A DNA stretch of 64,000 bases, taken from the NCBI GenBank assembly GCA_049325335.1, contig JBMOMC010000002.1:96001-160000 (forward strand). The letters run 5' to 3'. The position numbers and the translations under genes were made by a program. This stretch comes from Nitrospirota bacterium. Lineage in GTDB: Bacteria > Nitrospirota > Nitrospiria > 2-01-FULL-66-17. A model generated the notes under the pieces. That model did not search any database. It saw only the letters and a list, made by a program, of their open reading frames with translations, and was not told the DNA's origin. This document shows, in pieces, positions 19,308 through 27,540 of this stretch (the first letter of the stretch is position 1; every line of letters starts with the position of its first letter).

Positions 19308-19746
19308 GCCGGTCCCAGGGCGATCAGCAGCAGCGCTCTGGGCAAGCGCTACGGCGGATCGACGGCCAGCCCATGCGGCTGTGCATAGCGTCGAAGGTCG
19401 GCGAAAAGCTTATGAGTGCGTCGTCGGCCACCGCCTTGAACATCCGCATGGCCTGCGCCGCCGGTAGCCGTATTCCCGGGGCAACATAATTTAAGGCAGA
19501 TCACGTGGGGCGTATGGTCGCTCCTCCGGGATTGAGACCCCGTGAGTATCCCGTGGTACTCACCGGCAGGGTCTTTCCGTCACCGCCGAGATTCTTCTCG
19601 CGGGATGGGTGCGGTCTGCGGGTCGGCGAAGTCTGAATCGTCTGTCCCTGAGCTGCCACTGGGGACGTCACAGACACCAAGTTGTGTTTTCACGTCGCAA
19701 CAGGATGGATTGAGGAGTCTGACGACAGATGGGCGAGAAAGGAGTC

Positions 19747-20124
19747 ATGACCGTGGACGGACATACTTCGATGAGGTCTATGTTGGTTGCTTCGCTCGTG
19801 GTGAGCGGGATCGTGGCCAGCTCCGGCGCCGAGGCTTCCGGCACCGTGGTGATGCACGAAGGTTTGGGACAGTTTGCGCCGCAGGTGACGACGGCCGAGG
19901 TCGGTGAGCGAATCACGTGGGTGAACTACAGTCGCACCGACGATGTCTTTGTCACCGCATCACAGCCTGTGACGGGGCACGTGAGGGAGGGGATGGGTGA
20001 GTTGGAGGTCAATACCGTTCTCCATCCGGGATCCATCTATTCGCATGCGTTCAAGGCGCCTGGAGCCTATTACTATTACTGCGCCGGCCACGAGGGTATG
20101 TGGGGGATCGTTGTCGTGAGATAG
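19747..20124 (+). CDS. Exported cupredoxin (plastocyanin-like)
   Basis: Signal peptide; F.P, VGERITWVN, YYYYCAGHEGMWGIVVV; start uncertain (19729/19747/19765). Confidence 0.8.
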   Translation: MTVDGHTSMRSMLVASLVVSGIVASSGAEASGTVVMHEGLGQFAPQVTTAEVGERITWVNYSRTDDVFVTASQPVTGHVREGMGELEVNTVLHPGSIYSHAFKAPGAYYYYCAGHEGMWGIVVVR

Positions 20125-20310
20125 ATCGGTGTCCTCAGATGGCCGGTCTTATCCGGGTGTTTTTGGTGCCGTCGTTAAAGCCATGGACCGCGCCGAATGG
20201 GGGGATGCGACCAACGGTGGATGTGAAGCGGTTTCGCGCTGGGAGGAGAACGGTAAGCCAAGAAGCGCAGGAAAGGACGAACCTGGTGCACCCCGTAGTT
20301 AAAGATGCGG

Positions 20311-20350
20311 TGGTGATGAAAAATTACGTGATTGCTTGGGACCGTCCCCA
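20311..20350 (+). promoter_or_regulatory. Shared motif copy B, upstream of the sulfite-oxidase-family gene
   Basis: TGGTGATGAAAAATTA-N9-TTGGGACCGTCCCC. Confidence 0.6.
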
Positions 20351-20380
20351 AAGAGGAGAGTCCCCACAGAGGAGACGACC

Positions 20381-21664
20381 ATGAAGACGGACAATCTGGC
20401 GAACGAACAGATCTATACCCAGGAACGGACCGCTCAGTATGTCTGGCAGCGCGCCAAAGACGTGGGGGTCTCACGGCGCCGTTTCATGCAGTGGACGGCT
20501 GCGGGCACCGGGGCAATGCTCTTGTTCCAGTTCCCCGGCTCGGGCTCGATACGGCCTGCCGTGGCCGCGCACGTTGGCCCGGTGGTAAAGCCAGTCCCCC
20601 CTGAGCTGTTTTTCAACTATGGGACCAATTTCGAGATGCGGTTCGAGGTCATGGCCGACAAGGGGTACCTTGTTCCGATTGAAAACTTTTTTATCCGGAA
20701 CCACACCCGGACGCCCCACATCGATCCGTCCACGTACCGATTGAGGATCCACGGATCCGGCGTGCGCAGGGACATCGAGCTGAGCTATGACGATATCCTT
20801 CGGATGCCCATGGTCACCGAGAAAAAATATGTGGAATGCGCGGGCAACGGACGCCGCTTGTTCAACCTGAAAGGAGGATGCGGTCAACGGCCGGGGAGTC
20901 AATGGTACCTTGGCGGCATCGGGGTGGCCGAGTGGACCGGCGTAAGGCTTGCCGAGGTGCTGGAACGCGCGCACCTCAAGCGGACGGCCGTTGACGTGAT
21001 GCCGGCGGGGCTTGATCCCGAATTCGGCGCGGACGGACACGTCCGGAAGCCGCACTCGATCGAGAAAGCCTTGCACGACACCCTGCTTGTGGTCGGCATG
21101 AACGGCCAAACGCTGCCCGCGGATCACGGCTTTCCTGCACGGATCCTGACCCCGGGCTGGGCGGGCATCAACAGCATCAAGTGGGTGGGGGACATCGAGG
21201 TCGCGGACGTGCCGCTGTTTTCCGCGTGGAATACCAAGTTTTATGTGTTGGAGAACGACGATTCGGTCGGTTGCGGACCAGGGTTCTATCCGTGTCCGCC
21301 GCCCGCCGTGACCGAGCAGACCGTCAAGAGCGCCTTCGAGATCGCATGGCCGACCGACGGGGTCTCGGCCGAGATACCCGCGGACCGACCCGTCACGGGC
21401 CGCGCGTGGTCGCCGGCCGCCAAGATCAAGAGGGTCGAGGTCAGTGTGGACGGGGGGGCATATCACGAGGCGGAACTGACCAAGCCCAATATTCCTCAGG
21501 CATGGGTGCGGTTGGGCATTGACCTGGATCTGCCGCTCGGCCCCCACGTGCTGCGGTGCCGGGCCACGGACGACAAGGGGTATACGCAACCCGACAGCGT
21601 GCCGTGCAACCGGCAAGGGTACCTCTACAACGCGGTGGTGACCCACTCTGTGATGGTGGTCTAA
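20381..21664 (+). CDS. Tat-exported sulfite-oxidase-family molybdoenzyme (SorA/SoxC-like)
   Basis: SRRRF Tat motif; FFIRNH, ECAGNGR (Mo-ligand Cys), DHGFPAR, SIKW, CRATD dimerisation domain. Confidence 0.9.
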   Translation: MKTDNLANEQIYTQERTAQYVWQRAKDVGVSRRRFMQWTAAGTGAMLLFQFPGSGSIRPAVAAHVGPVVKPVPPELFFNYGTNFEMRFEVMADKGYLVPIENFFIRNHTRTPHIDPSTYRLRIHGSGVRRDIELSYDDILRMPMVTEKKYVECAGNGRRLFNLKGGCGQRPGSQWYLGGIGVAEWTGVRLAEVLERAHLKRTAVDVMPAGLDPEFGADGHVRKPHSIEKALHDTLLVVGMNGQTLPADHGFPARILTPGWAGINSIKWVGDIEVADVPLFSAWNTKFYVLENDDSVGCGPGFYPCPPPAVTEQTVKSAFEIAWPTDGVSAEIPADRPVTGRAWSPAAKIKRVEVSVDGGAYHEAELTKPNIPQAWVRLGIDLDLPLGPHVLRCRATDDKGYTQPDSVPCNRQGYLYNAVVTHSVMVV

Positions 21665-21714
21665 TCGAGAAGGCCGCCGGCGTTTAGCTTGGCGGCCTTC
21701 TCGGGTAAACGGTA

Positions 21715-21880
21715 GCGAGGCGGTGCGGACCAGCAGGTGCGCGTGATTGGTGCGAGCGACCAGGCGTAGACGCGGACCTCTGTCGGCCCTAACGCGCGCG
21801 GCGACGCGCCTGACGAAGTCATCGCGATCGTAGTCGTCGAGAAAGATCGGCTGGCGATCGATGCCGCGCGCCATGACGGG
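21715..21880 (-). pseudogene. Frameshifted N-terminal fragment of a REP-associated/Y1 tyrosine transposase
   Basis: VMARGIDRQPIFLDDYDRDDF / EVRVYAWSL / TNHAHLLVRT (HUH motif) split across frames. Confidence 0.7.
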
Positions 21881-22115
21881 TCGTTCCCGTAGCATAAGGC
21901 CACGAAAGCCGTAACGTCCCCGATCGGTAACCCCGACCACCGGTTGACGCGAACGGTCCACGCCGGCCGAAGACCAGGACACCAAGACATCAATCAACAC
22001 GACGGAATCACTCGGAGCGCCCGTGTCACGGCCACCGCCACCGTAGGATTTTCCAGGGAGCAGGTCTGACTTCGAGTGGGCCGTGCCGCGAGGACCGAAA
22101 TCATGACGAATGTTC

Positions 22116-22254
22116 CTAGCAGGGTGCTGAAAAACCCTCTTGAAGTCCTTCGGCAAGCTCAGGATGAATGGGTGGGGCATTGAACGTCCGGCAAATTCTC
22201 CGTTCGTGGTGAGCCTGTCGAACCACGCTCAAGACTTTTTCAGCACCCTGTTAG
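22116..22254. mobile_element. 139-bp MITE-like element with IS5/IS1182-type ends and an internal REP-like palindrome pair
   Basis: TIR CTAGCAGGGTGCTGAAAAA...TTTTTCAGCACCCTGTTAG (18/19); internal CTTCGGCAAGCTCAGG / CCGTTCGTGGTGAGCCTGTCGAACC. Confidence 0.75.
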
Positions 22255-22822
22255 TAACAACAATCCGCTGGTTCAGCCGGAACTCTCGCTTTCGTATAAC
22301 CGCGCGACGTTTACGGCGTGGTTAAACGGTGATCTGGATGAAGGGCACATCAACGAGATCGATTTGCTCGCCGGGTACACCTGGGAGTCGGGACCGCTGT
22401 CGGTCACACCGGGCACGCCGATTTTCTCTATCCCAACCGGGAACTGTGCCGCCGCCTCGCAAGAGGTGTATTTCGATGTGGCGTATTCCGCCGTGGTCGA
22501 CGTGGCCCTCAGCGCGCACTATGATTTTGACGCGGGGGGACGGTGCCTATGGGTCGCTGGGCCTCAGTCGTGAGATCGGCACTGCGTTTGGCGCGGTGGG
22601 AGTGGGCGCGACGCTCTACTACCGGAGAGAGTATTACGCGGTCAGCGGCATCCCCTCCCTGGAGTTCGGGGTCAGTTATGCCGCCACGGTCGGCGCGTCA
22701 CGGTCACGCCGTCCCTGTCGTACTTCGCGACGTGGGACAACGGCGATTTCCGCGACACGGACCCCGGGGGCGCGGTGCCCAGCAAATGGCTGATCGCGCT
22801 CTCCATCGCTCCCAGCGACTAA
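22255..22822 (+). pseudogene. 5'-truncated, frameshifted outer-membrane beta-barrel (TorF-like) gene
   Basis: NPLVQPELSLSY...FTAWLNGDLDE..NEIDLLAGYTW...YDFDAG / GAYGSLGLSREI / VTVTPSLSYF in successive frames. Confidence 0.6.
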
Positions 22823-22877
22823 GCGTCGTCGGATGACGACGGTTTCAGCGGCGCAGTCCTCACCCCCGCATTGAATC

Positions 22878-23180
22878 GTGGCGACGGGTTTTACCACCGC
22901 CTTTCTTGGGGACGGACGCACCTTGCGGGAATTCATATCGAGCTTGGTCCAGGCGTTTCATCACTACACGAAAAACAGGATCATCGCCGAAGAGATCGAA
23001 ACCGATGACGAGTTTCGCACCGCCAAAGAAACGGGCGTCTACCTGATCCAAGGATTTCGCTTCGGGAAACCCACCGTCATCGCGACGCTTCCGACATTTC
23101 GCCGGGCGGTGGTGGTTCAGGCGCCAGACGGTCCTCTGTCGTTGCGCTCTTCCGGCATGGGTGCCCGGAGTATTCCTTGA
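22878..23180 (+). pseudogene. C-terminal fragment of an EAL phosphodiesterase domain
   Basis: IIAEEIETDDEF...GVYLIQGFRFGKP with no upstream EAL body. Confidence 0.65.
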
Positions 23181-23206
23181 CATTGCTTTTTGTTTAGGTT
23201 TATAGT
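23177..23206 (+). promoter_or_regulatory. sigma70 promoter
   Basis: TTGACA-N18-TATAGT, about 220 nt upstream of 23428. Confidence 0.65.
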
Positions 23207-23427
23207 TCACCCCGCCTTTTTTGCACTCGACGTATATTCGTGAGTTGTCCCCACCGCGTGCGTGTATGTTCCGGTCGTGGGAGTTCCGATAGGGGCGAGT
23301 GGTGTGAATAGGGCGGCGTCGCAGCCGTCTAACGGGTTGCGAAGGTTGGTGGGCGCGACGCGTTTCGGGGGGCGGGCTGCGGTGTGGCAGCGAGCTGTGG
23401 TCAGATCGACAAACGGGAGGGGAACAA

Positions 23428-24243
23428 ATGAAACTCAGTAGGGCAGTGGTGGCAGTGGCGGTCGGGGCGACGTTGGCGTTTGGGTCCGGGGCGAAAGCCG
23501 AATATACCGAAGCGCCAGTGGCTGACGGCGGAACGGTGAGCGGGAAAATTTCCTTTAAGGGCGCGGCGCCGGGTCCCAAGACAGCGGCCTTCGCCAAATT
23601 TCCGAATTCGGGATTCTGCGAGAAGACCGACTCGGACGGCAAGGGCAACCGGGCGGTGCAAGAGGTCAAGGTCGGCAAAGACGGCGGCTTGCAGGATGTC
23701 GTGGTGTATATCGAGAGCGTGGAGAAGGGCAAACCGTTTAAATTCGACGGCACCGACGTGTCGATCGAGGGGTGCAAGTTCCTCGTGCAGGGTGGGCCGT
23801 CCAAGATGGTTGGCGTGGTCCAGAAGAAGAAGGAGATCCGGGTGTTGAATACGGATGCCGACCCCTCGGACCCCAAAGCCGCGACCGGCGTGCTCCACAA
23901 CCCGCACAGCTATGAAGTGGCGGGCGCGAACAACACCACCATCTTCAATTTGCCGTTGCCGGAAAAGGGACAGACCATCAAGAAACCGGTCATCCTTCGC
24001 AAGAAGGAGAGTACCTTCATGATCGAATGTGATCAACACAACTACATGCAGGCGTTCTTCCTGCCGATCGAGAATCCGTACTATGCGGTTGTGGGCGAGG
24101 ATGGAACGTTTTCGATCGGGGATGTGCCGCCGGGGACCTACGAGGTGTATGCGTGGCACCCCAAACTCGGCAAGCAGGAAGCGAATATCACGGTGACCGC
24201 GAAGGGGACGACTAAAGCCGACTTCGCATTTGCCGCGAAATAA
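23428..24243 (+). CDS. Periplasmic protein, carboxypeptidase-regulatory-like domain with cupredoxin-type H...CxxHxxM motif
   Basis: Signal peptide ending AKA; HNPH...ECDQHNYMQ; DVPPGTYEVYAWHP. Confidence 0.8.
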   Translation: MKLSRAVVAVAVGATLAFGSGAKAEYTEAPVADGGTVSGKISFKGAAPGPKTAAFAKFPNSGFCEKTDSDGKGNRAVQEVKVGKDGGLQDVVVYIESVEKGKPFKFDGTDVSIEGCKFLVQGGPSKMVGVVQKKKEIRVLNTDADPSDPKAATGVLHNPHSYEVAGANNTTIFNLPLPEKGQTIKKPVILRKKESTFMIECDQHNYMQAFFLPIENPYYAVVGEDGTFSIGDVPPGTYEVYAWHPKLGKQEANITVTAKGTTKADFAFAAK

Positions 24244-24310
24244 CTCGGTCGGTCGATGGGTCGGCGTGGTGAGGACGGCTGACCCGCGAACGAACGCACG
24301 TGATGCAACA

Positions 24311-24347
24311 AAGGACATGGCGGGGGAAACCCCGCCATGTCCTTTTT
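24311..24347 (+). terminator. Rho-independent terminator
   Basis: AAGGACATGGCGGGG-GAAA-CCCCGCCATGTCCTTTTT. Confidence 0.85.
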
Positions 24348-24429
24348 AGGCCGATGAGCGCGGTTCGGATCAGGGCCGTGGTTGGGCGGGGATGATGGGG
24401 ACCTGTCGGCGGAAAGGGGAAGACGCCAC

Positions 24430-25359
24430 ATGGATGAGCGGTCCGAGTCTCGGGCAAAGACCCCGATGAAGCGTGATGCCTTGTTTTACGGTCTGGTGGC
24501 CGCGTTCATTGCGTTTGTGCTCATGATTGTGTTCATGTTGTATGCGATGGTGCAGTCGCGAGCCGTGCTGCGCCAGGCCGCGCAAACGCGGTCCACGCCG
24601 GCCGAAGCGGTGAGGACCGAGCAGTGGGACTTCACGCAACTCCGCGTGGTCAAGCAGGACGACGGTTCCGACATGGTGTTGGTTCCGGAAGGGCCGTTCC
24701 TGATGGGAAGCCCGCCGGTTGAGGGTGACCAAGATGAGATGCCGCAGCGCGGTGTGTTTGTGGGCGCGTTTTGGATCGATCTTTTCGAGGTAACGTTCGC
24801 GCAGTACGAGTTGTTCACGCGGGCCACGCGGGCGCCCACGCCGGTGATCCCGGTCCTGCAGGACGATCCCGCCAAACTGACGGCGCCCGAGCAGCCGGTG
24901 GTTGCCGTGTCGTGGACTCAGGCCAGCGCGTACTGCGCGTGGCTGGGTAAGCGGCTTCCCACCGAGGCCGAATGGGAAAAAGCCGCACGGGGTGATCGTG
25001 CGGTGGCCTGGCCGTGGGGATCGGTATTCGGCCCAGGGCTCGCGAATATACAAGGCGCCGACGACGGATTCGCGTACACCGCGCCGCCCGGGTCGTTTCC
25101 CAAAGGACGAAGTTTTTATGGGCTGTACGACGCGTCCGGCAATGTGGCCGAGTGGGTTGCGGATTGGTACGACCACACCTATTACTTAGGCGCGCCGTTT
25201 GAATCGCCCAAAGGGCCGGAAACTGGGAAACATCGCGTGTACCGCGGCGGGTCGTGGAATGATACGCCGTCGGACGTCAGAGCCGCCAAACGATTTGCGG
25301 CGGCGCCGCACCAGACGAGCGCAGTGATCGGTTTTCGGTGCGCGAAAAGCGACGGCTGA
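24430..25359 (+). CDS. Membrane-anchored FGE-sulfatase (SUMF1/PvdO-like) domain protein
   Basis: N-terminal TM; RLPTEAEWEKAARG, GNVAEW, RGGSW, IGFRCA. Confidence 0.88.
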   Translation: MDERSESRAKTPMKRDALFYGLVAAFIAFVLMIVFMLYAMVQSRAVLRQAAQTRSTPAEAVRTEQWDFTQLRVVKQDDGSDMVLVPEGPFLMGSPPVEGDQDEMPQRGVFVGAFWIDLFEVTFAQYELFTRATRAPTPVIPVLQDDPAKLTAPEQPVVAVSWTQASAYCAWLGKRLPTEAEWEKAARGDRAVAWPWGSVFGPGLANIQGADDGFAYTAPPGSFPKGRSFYGLYDASGNVAEWVADWYDHTYYLGAPFESPKGPETGKHRVYRGGSWNDTPSDVRAAKRFAAAPHQTSAVIGFRCAKSDG

Positions 25360-25367
25360 TGTCGGAA

Positions 25368-25505
25368 TCAGAATAACTCGAAATAATACAACACCATAAA
25401 GGCGGCGATGACGATGTTGATGACCATGCCCAGCAATACGATCCAGTCAAAGACCGATCGCTTGCGCGCCGCGACGTCTTCCTGGGTTTCCGTTTGTGCG
25501 TCCAT
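25368..25505 (-). CDS. 45-aa single-TM micro-protein
   Basis: AAGGAGAGGGT-ATG; MDAQTETQEDVAARKRSVFDWIVLLGMVINIVIAAFMVLYYFELF. Confidence 0.7.
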   Translation of the reverse strand: MDAQTETQEDVAARKRSVFDWIVLLGMVINIVIAAFMVLYYFELF

Positions 25506-25593
25506 ACCCTCTCCTTACCGATTGGCGTAGCATGCCAAAACCCACTGAAGCGAGTCAAGCCTGAGTGGATAACCTGGGTGAACAACCGTCGGC

Positions 25594-25623
25594 TTGACTT
25601 GGTTCGTCACCGGCTCCTATAAT
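25594..25623 (+). promoter_or_regulatory. sigma70 promoter
   Basis: TTGACT-N18-TATAAT. Confidence 0.75.
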
Positions 25624-25644
25624 GCCTCCCTGGGTTTTCCGACG

Positions 25645-25794
25645 ATGTACGAATTCGATTTCGGTCATATCGTCCTGTATCCCCTCGGCGTGTTCGCGTT
25701 GAGCGCGGTCTTTTTTGGGTGGGGCTACCGCGTGGGACGTCGCAAGGAGCGGGATCGTGTGCTCGCCGTTGCGGCGTCGTCGGGGGGGCGATGA
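25645..25794 (+). CDS. 49-aa single-TM micro-protein
   Basis: MYEFDFGHIVLYPLGVFALSAVFFGWGYRVGRRKERDR...; follows the promoter; ATGA overlap with next ORF. Confidence 0.65.
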   Translation: MYEFDFGHIVLYPLGVFALSAVFFGWGYRVGRRKERDRVLAVAASSGGR

Positions 25795-26036
25795 TGCGGA
25801 CGCGGTTTTACGTGGCGATGATGGTGGTGGTGGTGGGCGCCGCGTTTTTGGTGGACTACTTGATGGGCAAGCTGTACGTGCGCTACATGATTTTGTTTTC
25901 GGGCGCGATTTTTCTCTGGGGCATGGCGGTGGGGCAGCGGTCGGAGCAGGCATGGATGCGCCGACAATCCGGACGCCCGGTTGGGATCATGCGCCGTCCT
26001 CGCTTCAGCCACTCGGATCGGGAGACTTCGCAGTGA
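25791..26036 (+). CDS. 81-aa two-TM small protein
   Basis: MMRTRFYVAMMVVVVGAAFLVDYLMGKLYVRYMILFSGAIFLWGMAVGQRSEQ; ATGA and GTGA overlaps. Confidence 0.65.
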   Translation: MMRTRFYVAMMVVVVGAAFLVDYLMGKLYVRYMILFSGAIFLWGMAVGQRSEQAWMRRQSGRPVGIMRRPRFSHSDRETSQ

Positions 26037-26242
26037 AACACCTGTTTTATGCGTTTTACGTGTCGTTTTATGCGGGCGCGATGTTCGTGGCGGGCTTGTT
26101 CGTCGGACAGTTTATGGAGCGACGCTGGGCCGTGAAGGAACGCGAACAGACGGACCAGACGGAGTCTCGGACCGCGGGGACGGGCCTGATCCTCGACAAA
26201 TCCCCGGTGGCGCTTTCCAATCAGTCGACGCCGTCGCGCTAA
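26033..26242 (+). CDS. 69-aa single-TM small protein
   Basis: GGAGA RBS, GTG start overlapping TGA; MKHLFYAFYVSFYAGAMFVAGLFVGQFMERRW. Confidence 0.65.
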   Translation: MKHLFYAFYVSFYAGAMFVAGLFVGQFMERRWAVKEREQTDQTESRTAGTGLILDKSPVALSNQSTPSR

Positions 26243-26311
26243 ACGGCGGTTGCCCGTCTGCGAAGGGCACGGTTCCCAACCCGTCGCGTCGCCCCCTCGC
26301 CTCCAGTCGAT

Positions 26312-27217
26312 ATGAGCAGTTTCTTTAAATGGCTCTATCTCGGGTTGGTCCTGGCCATCGTCGGGATCCTTATGGTCGGCATTAAGCGGACCGGGAAGGT
26401 GCCGGGCGAGGAGGTCGAGTCGTCCGGGTACACGCCGTTGGCGGTCAAGATTAAAGCGGCGGAAGAGCAGATGAAAAACGCCGAGTCGCAGCTCGCGACC
26501 GTGACTATCGACCCGGAATTCGATCGGATGATTCATATTCCCGGCGGTCCGTTTACCATGGGCGATCGGTTGGGAGGGGCGATCGAACAGCCGGAACGCA
26601 CCATCACGTTGGCTCCGTTCTGGATCGATGCCTACGAAACCACGTTTGCGCACTACTATGCTTTTATGGCCGCAACGAGCCATCGCAAACCCCGGTTGGC
26701 CGGATATCTCGCGGTGGACAGCAGCGCATTGCCGTTTCTCATGAATCCCTACAACCCCGTGGTCGGGGTGTTTTGGGAGGACGCCAACGCCTATTGCATC
26801 TGGAAAGGGAAGCGGCTTCCGACTGAGGTCGAATGGGAACGGGCCACCAAAGGGCCGAGTCAGCGGTTGTACCCGTGGGGCGACGAGCCGATCGCCGCGA
26901 ACGCGAATTTGGTCGATGACGCGGATGGGTTTAAGTACACGTCTCCGGTCGGCGCGTTTCGAGGCGACCGGAGTCCCGAGGGGGTGTTCGATCTTGCCGG
27001 CAATGTGATGGAGTGGACCGCAGATTGGTTCGACGAGCGCTACTACACGACTATGTCAGATCGCGATCCGTTGGGGCCCCCGAACGGCAAGGAGCGGGTT
27101 ATTCGAGGCGCGTCCTGGAACGACTCGGTGTCGAGGGCGAGGGCCACCACCCGATTCAAAATGCGTCCCGATTATCGGGACGTAACGATCGGATTTCGCT
27201 GCGCGAAATCCGGGTAA
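26312..27217 (+). CDS. Membrane-anchored FGE-sulfatase (SUMF1/PvdO-like) domain protein
   Basis: N-terminal TM; KRLPTEVEWERA, DLAGNVMEW, RGASW, IGFRCAKS. Confidence 0.88.
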   Translation: MSSFFKWLYLGLVLAIVGILMVGIKRTGKVPGEEVESSGYTPLAVKIKAAEEQMKNAESQLATVTIDPEFDRMIHIPGGPFTMGDRLGGAIEQPERTITLAPFWIDAYETTFAHYYAFMAATSHRKPRLAGYLAVDSSALPFLMNPYNPVVGVFWEDANAYCIWKGKRLPTEVEWERATKGPSQRLYPWGDEPIAANANLVDDADGFKYTSPVGAFRGDRSPEGVFDLAGNVMEWTADWFDERYYTTMSDRDPLGPPNGKERVIRGASWNDSVSRARATTRFKMRPDYRDVTIGFRCAKSG

Positions 27218-27283
27218 TTCCGATCCTTGAGTACGCGAATCAGTCGTGCGTCCGGTTGGTGAAATTTTGACTGGATTTTTTGC

Positions 27284-27312
27284 TTGACTCCGTTTTTCGC
27301 CTTCCCTATAAT
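27284..27312 (+). promoter_or_regulatory. Near-consensus sigma70 promoter heading the oxidase operon
   Basis: TTGACT-N17-TATAAT. Confidence 0.8.
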
Positions 27313-27365
27313 GCCGCTGTTCTGATTGGAATTTGGGCATTAAGGGACTCGCCAAGGAGTAAACG

Positions 27366-27509
27366 ATGGAAAAGAACACCCACACCACCCCAGAAGGCAC
27401 TGGAAGTCGAGCGGGAGCCATCATCTACATCGTGGTATCGATAATTTCGATCTGGTTCTTCTATTGGTTCGGGAATATCGGCGCGGCGAGCCACGCCGGT
27501 GCTCACTGA
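27366..27509 (+). CDS. 47-aa single-TM micro-protein
   Basis: AAGGAG RBS; MEKNTHTTPEGTGSRAGAIIYIVVSIISIWFFYWFGNIGAASHAGAH. Confidence 0.75.
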   Translation: MEKNTHTTPEGTGSRAGAIIYIVVSIISIWFFYWFGNIGAASHAGAH

Positions 27510-27540
27510 GCGACCTCGCCACTGAAAGGGTCTCATTCAT

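Noticed and set aside
20471..22180. 569-aa minus-strand ORF
   Set aside because: Mostly antisense to the Mo-enzyme gene; only a short transposase-like stretch is meaningful
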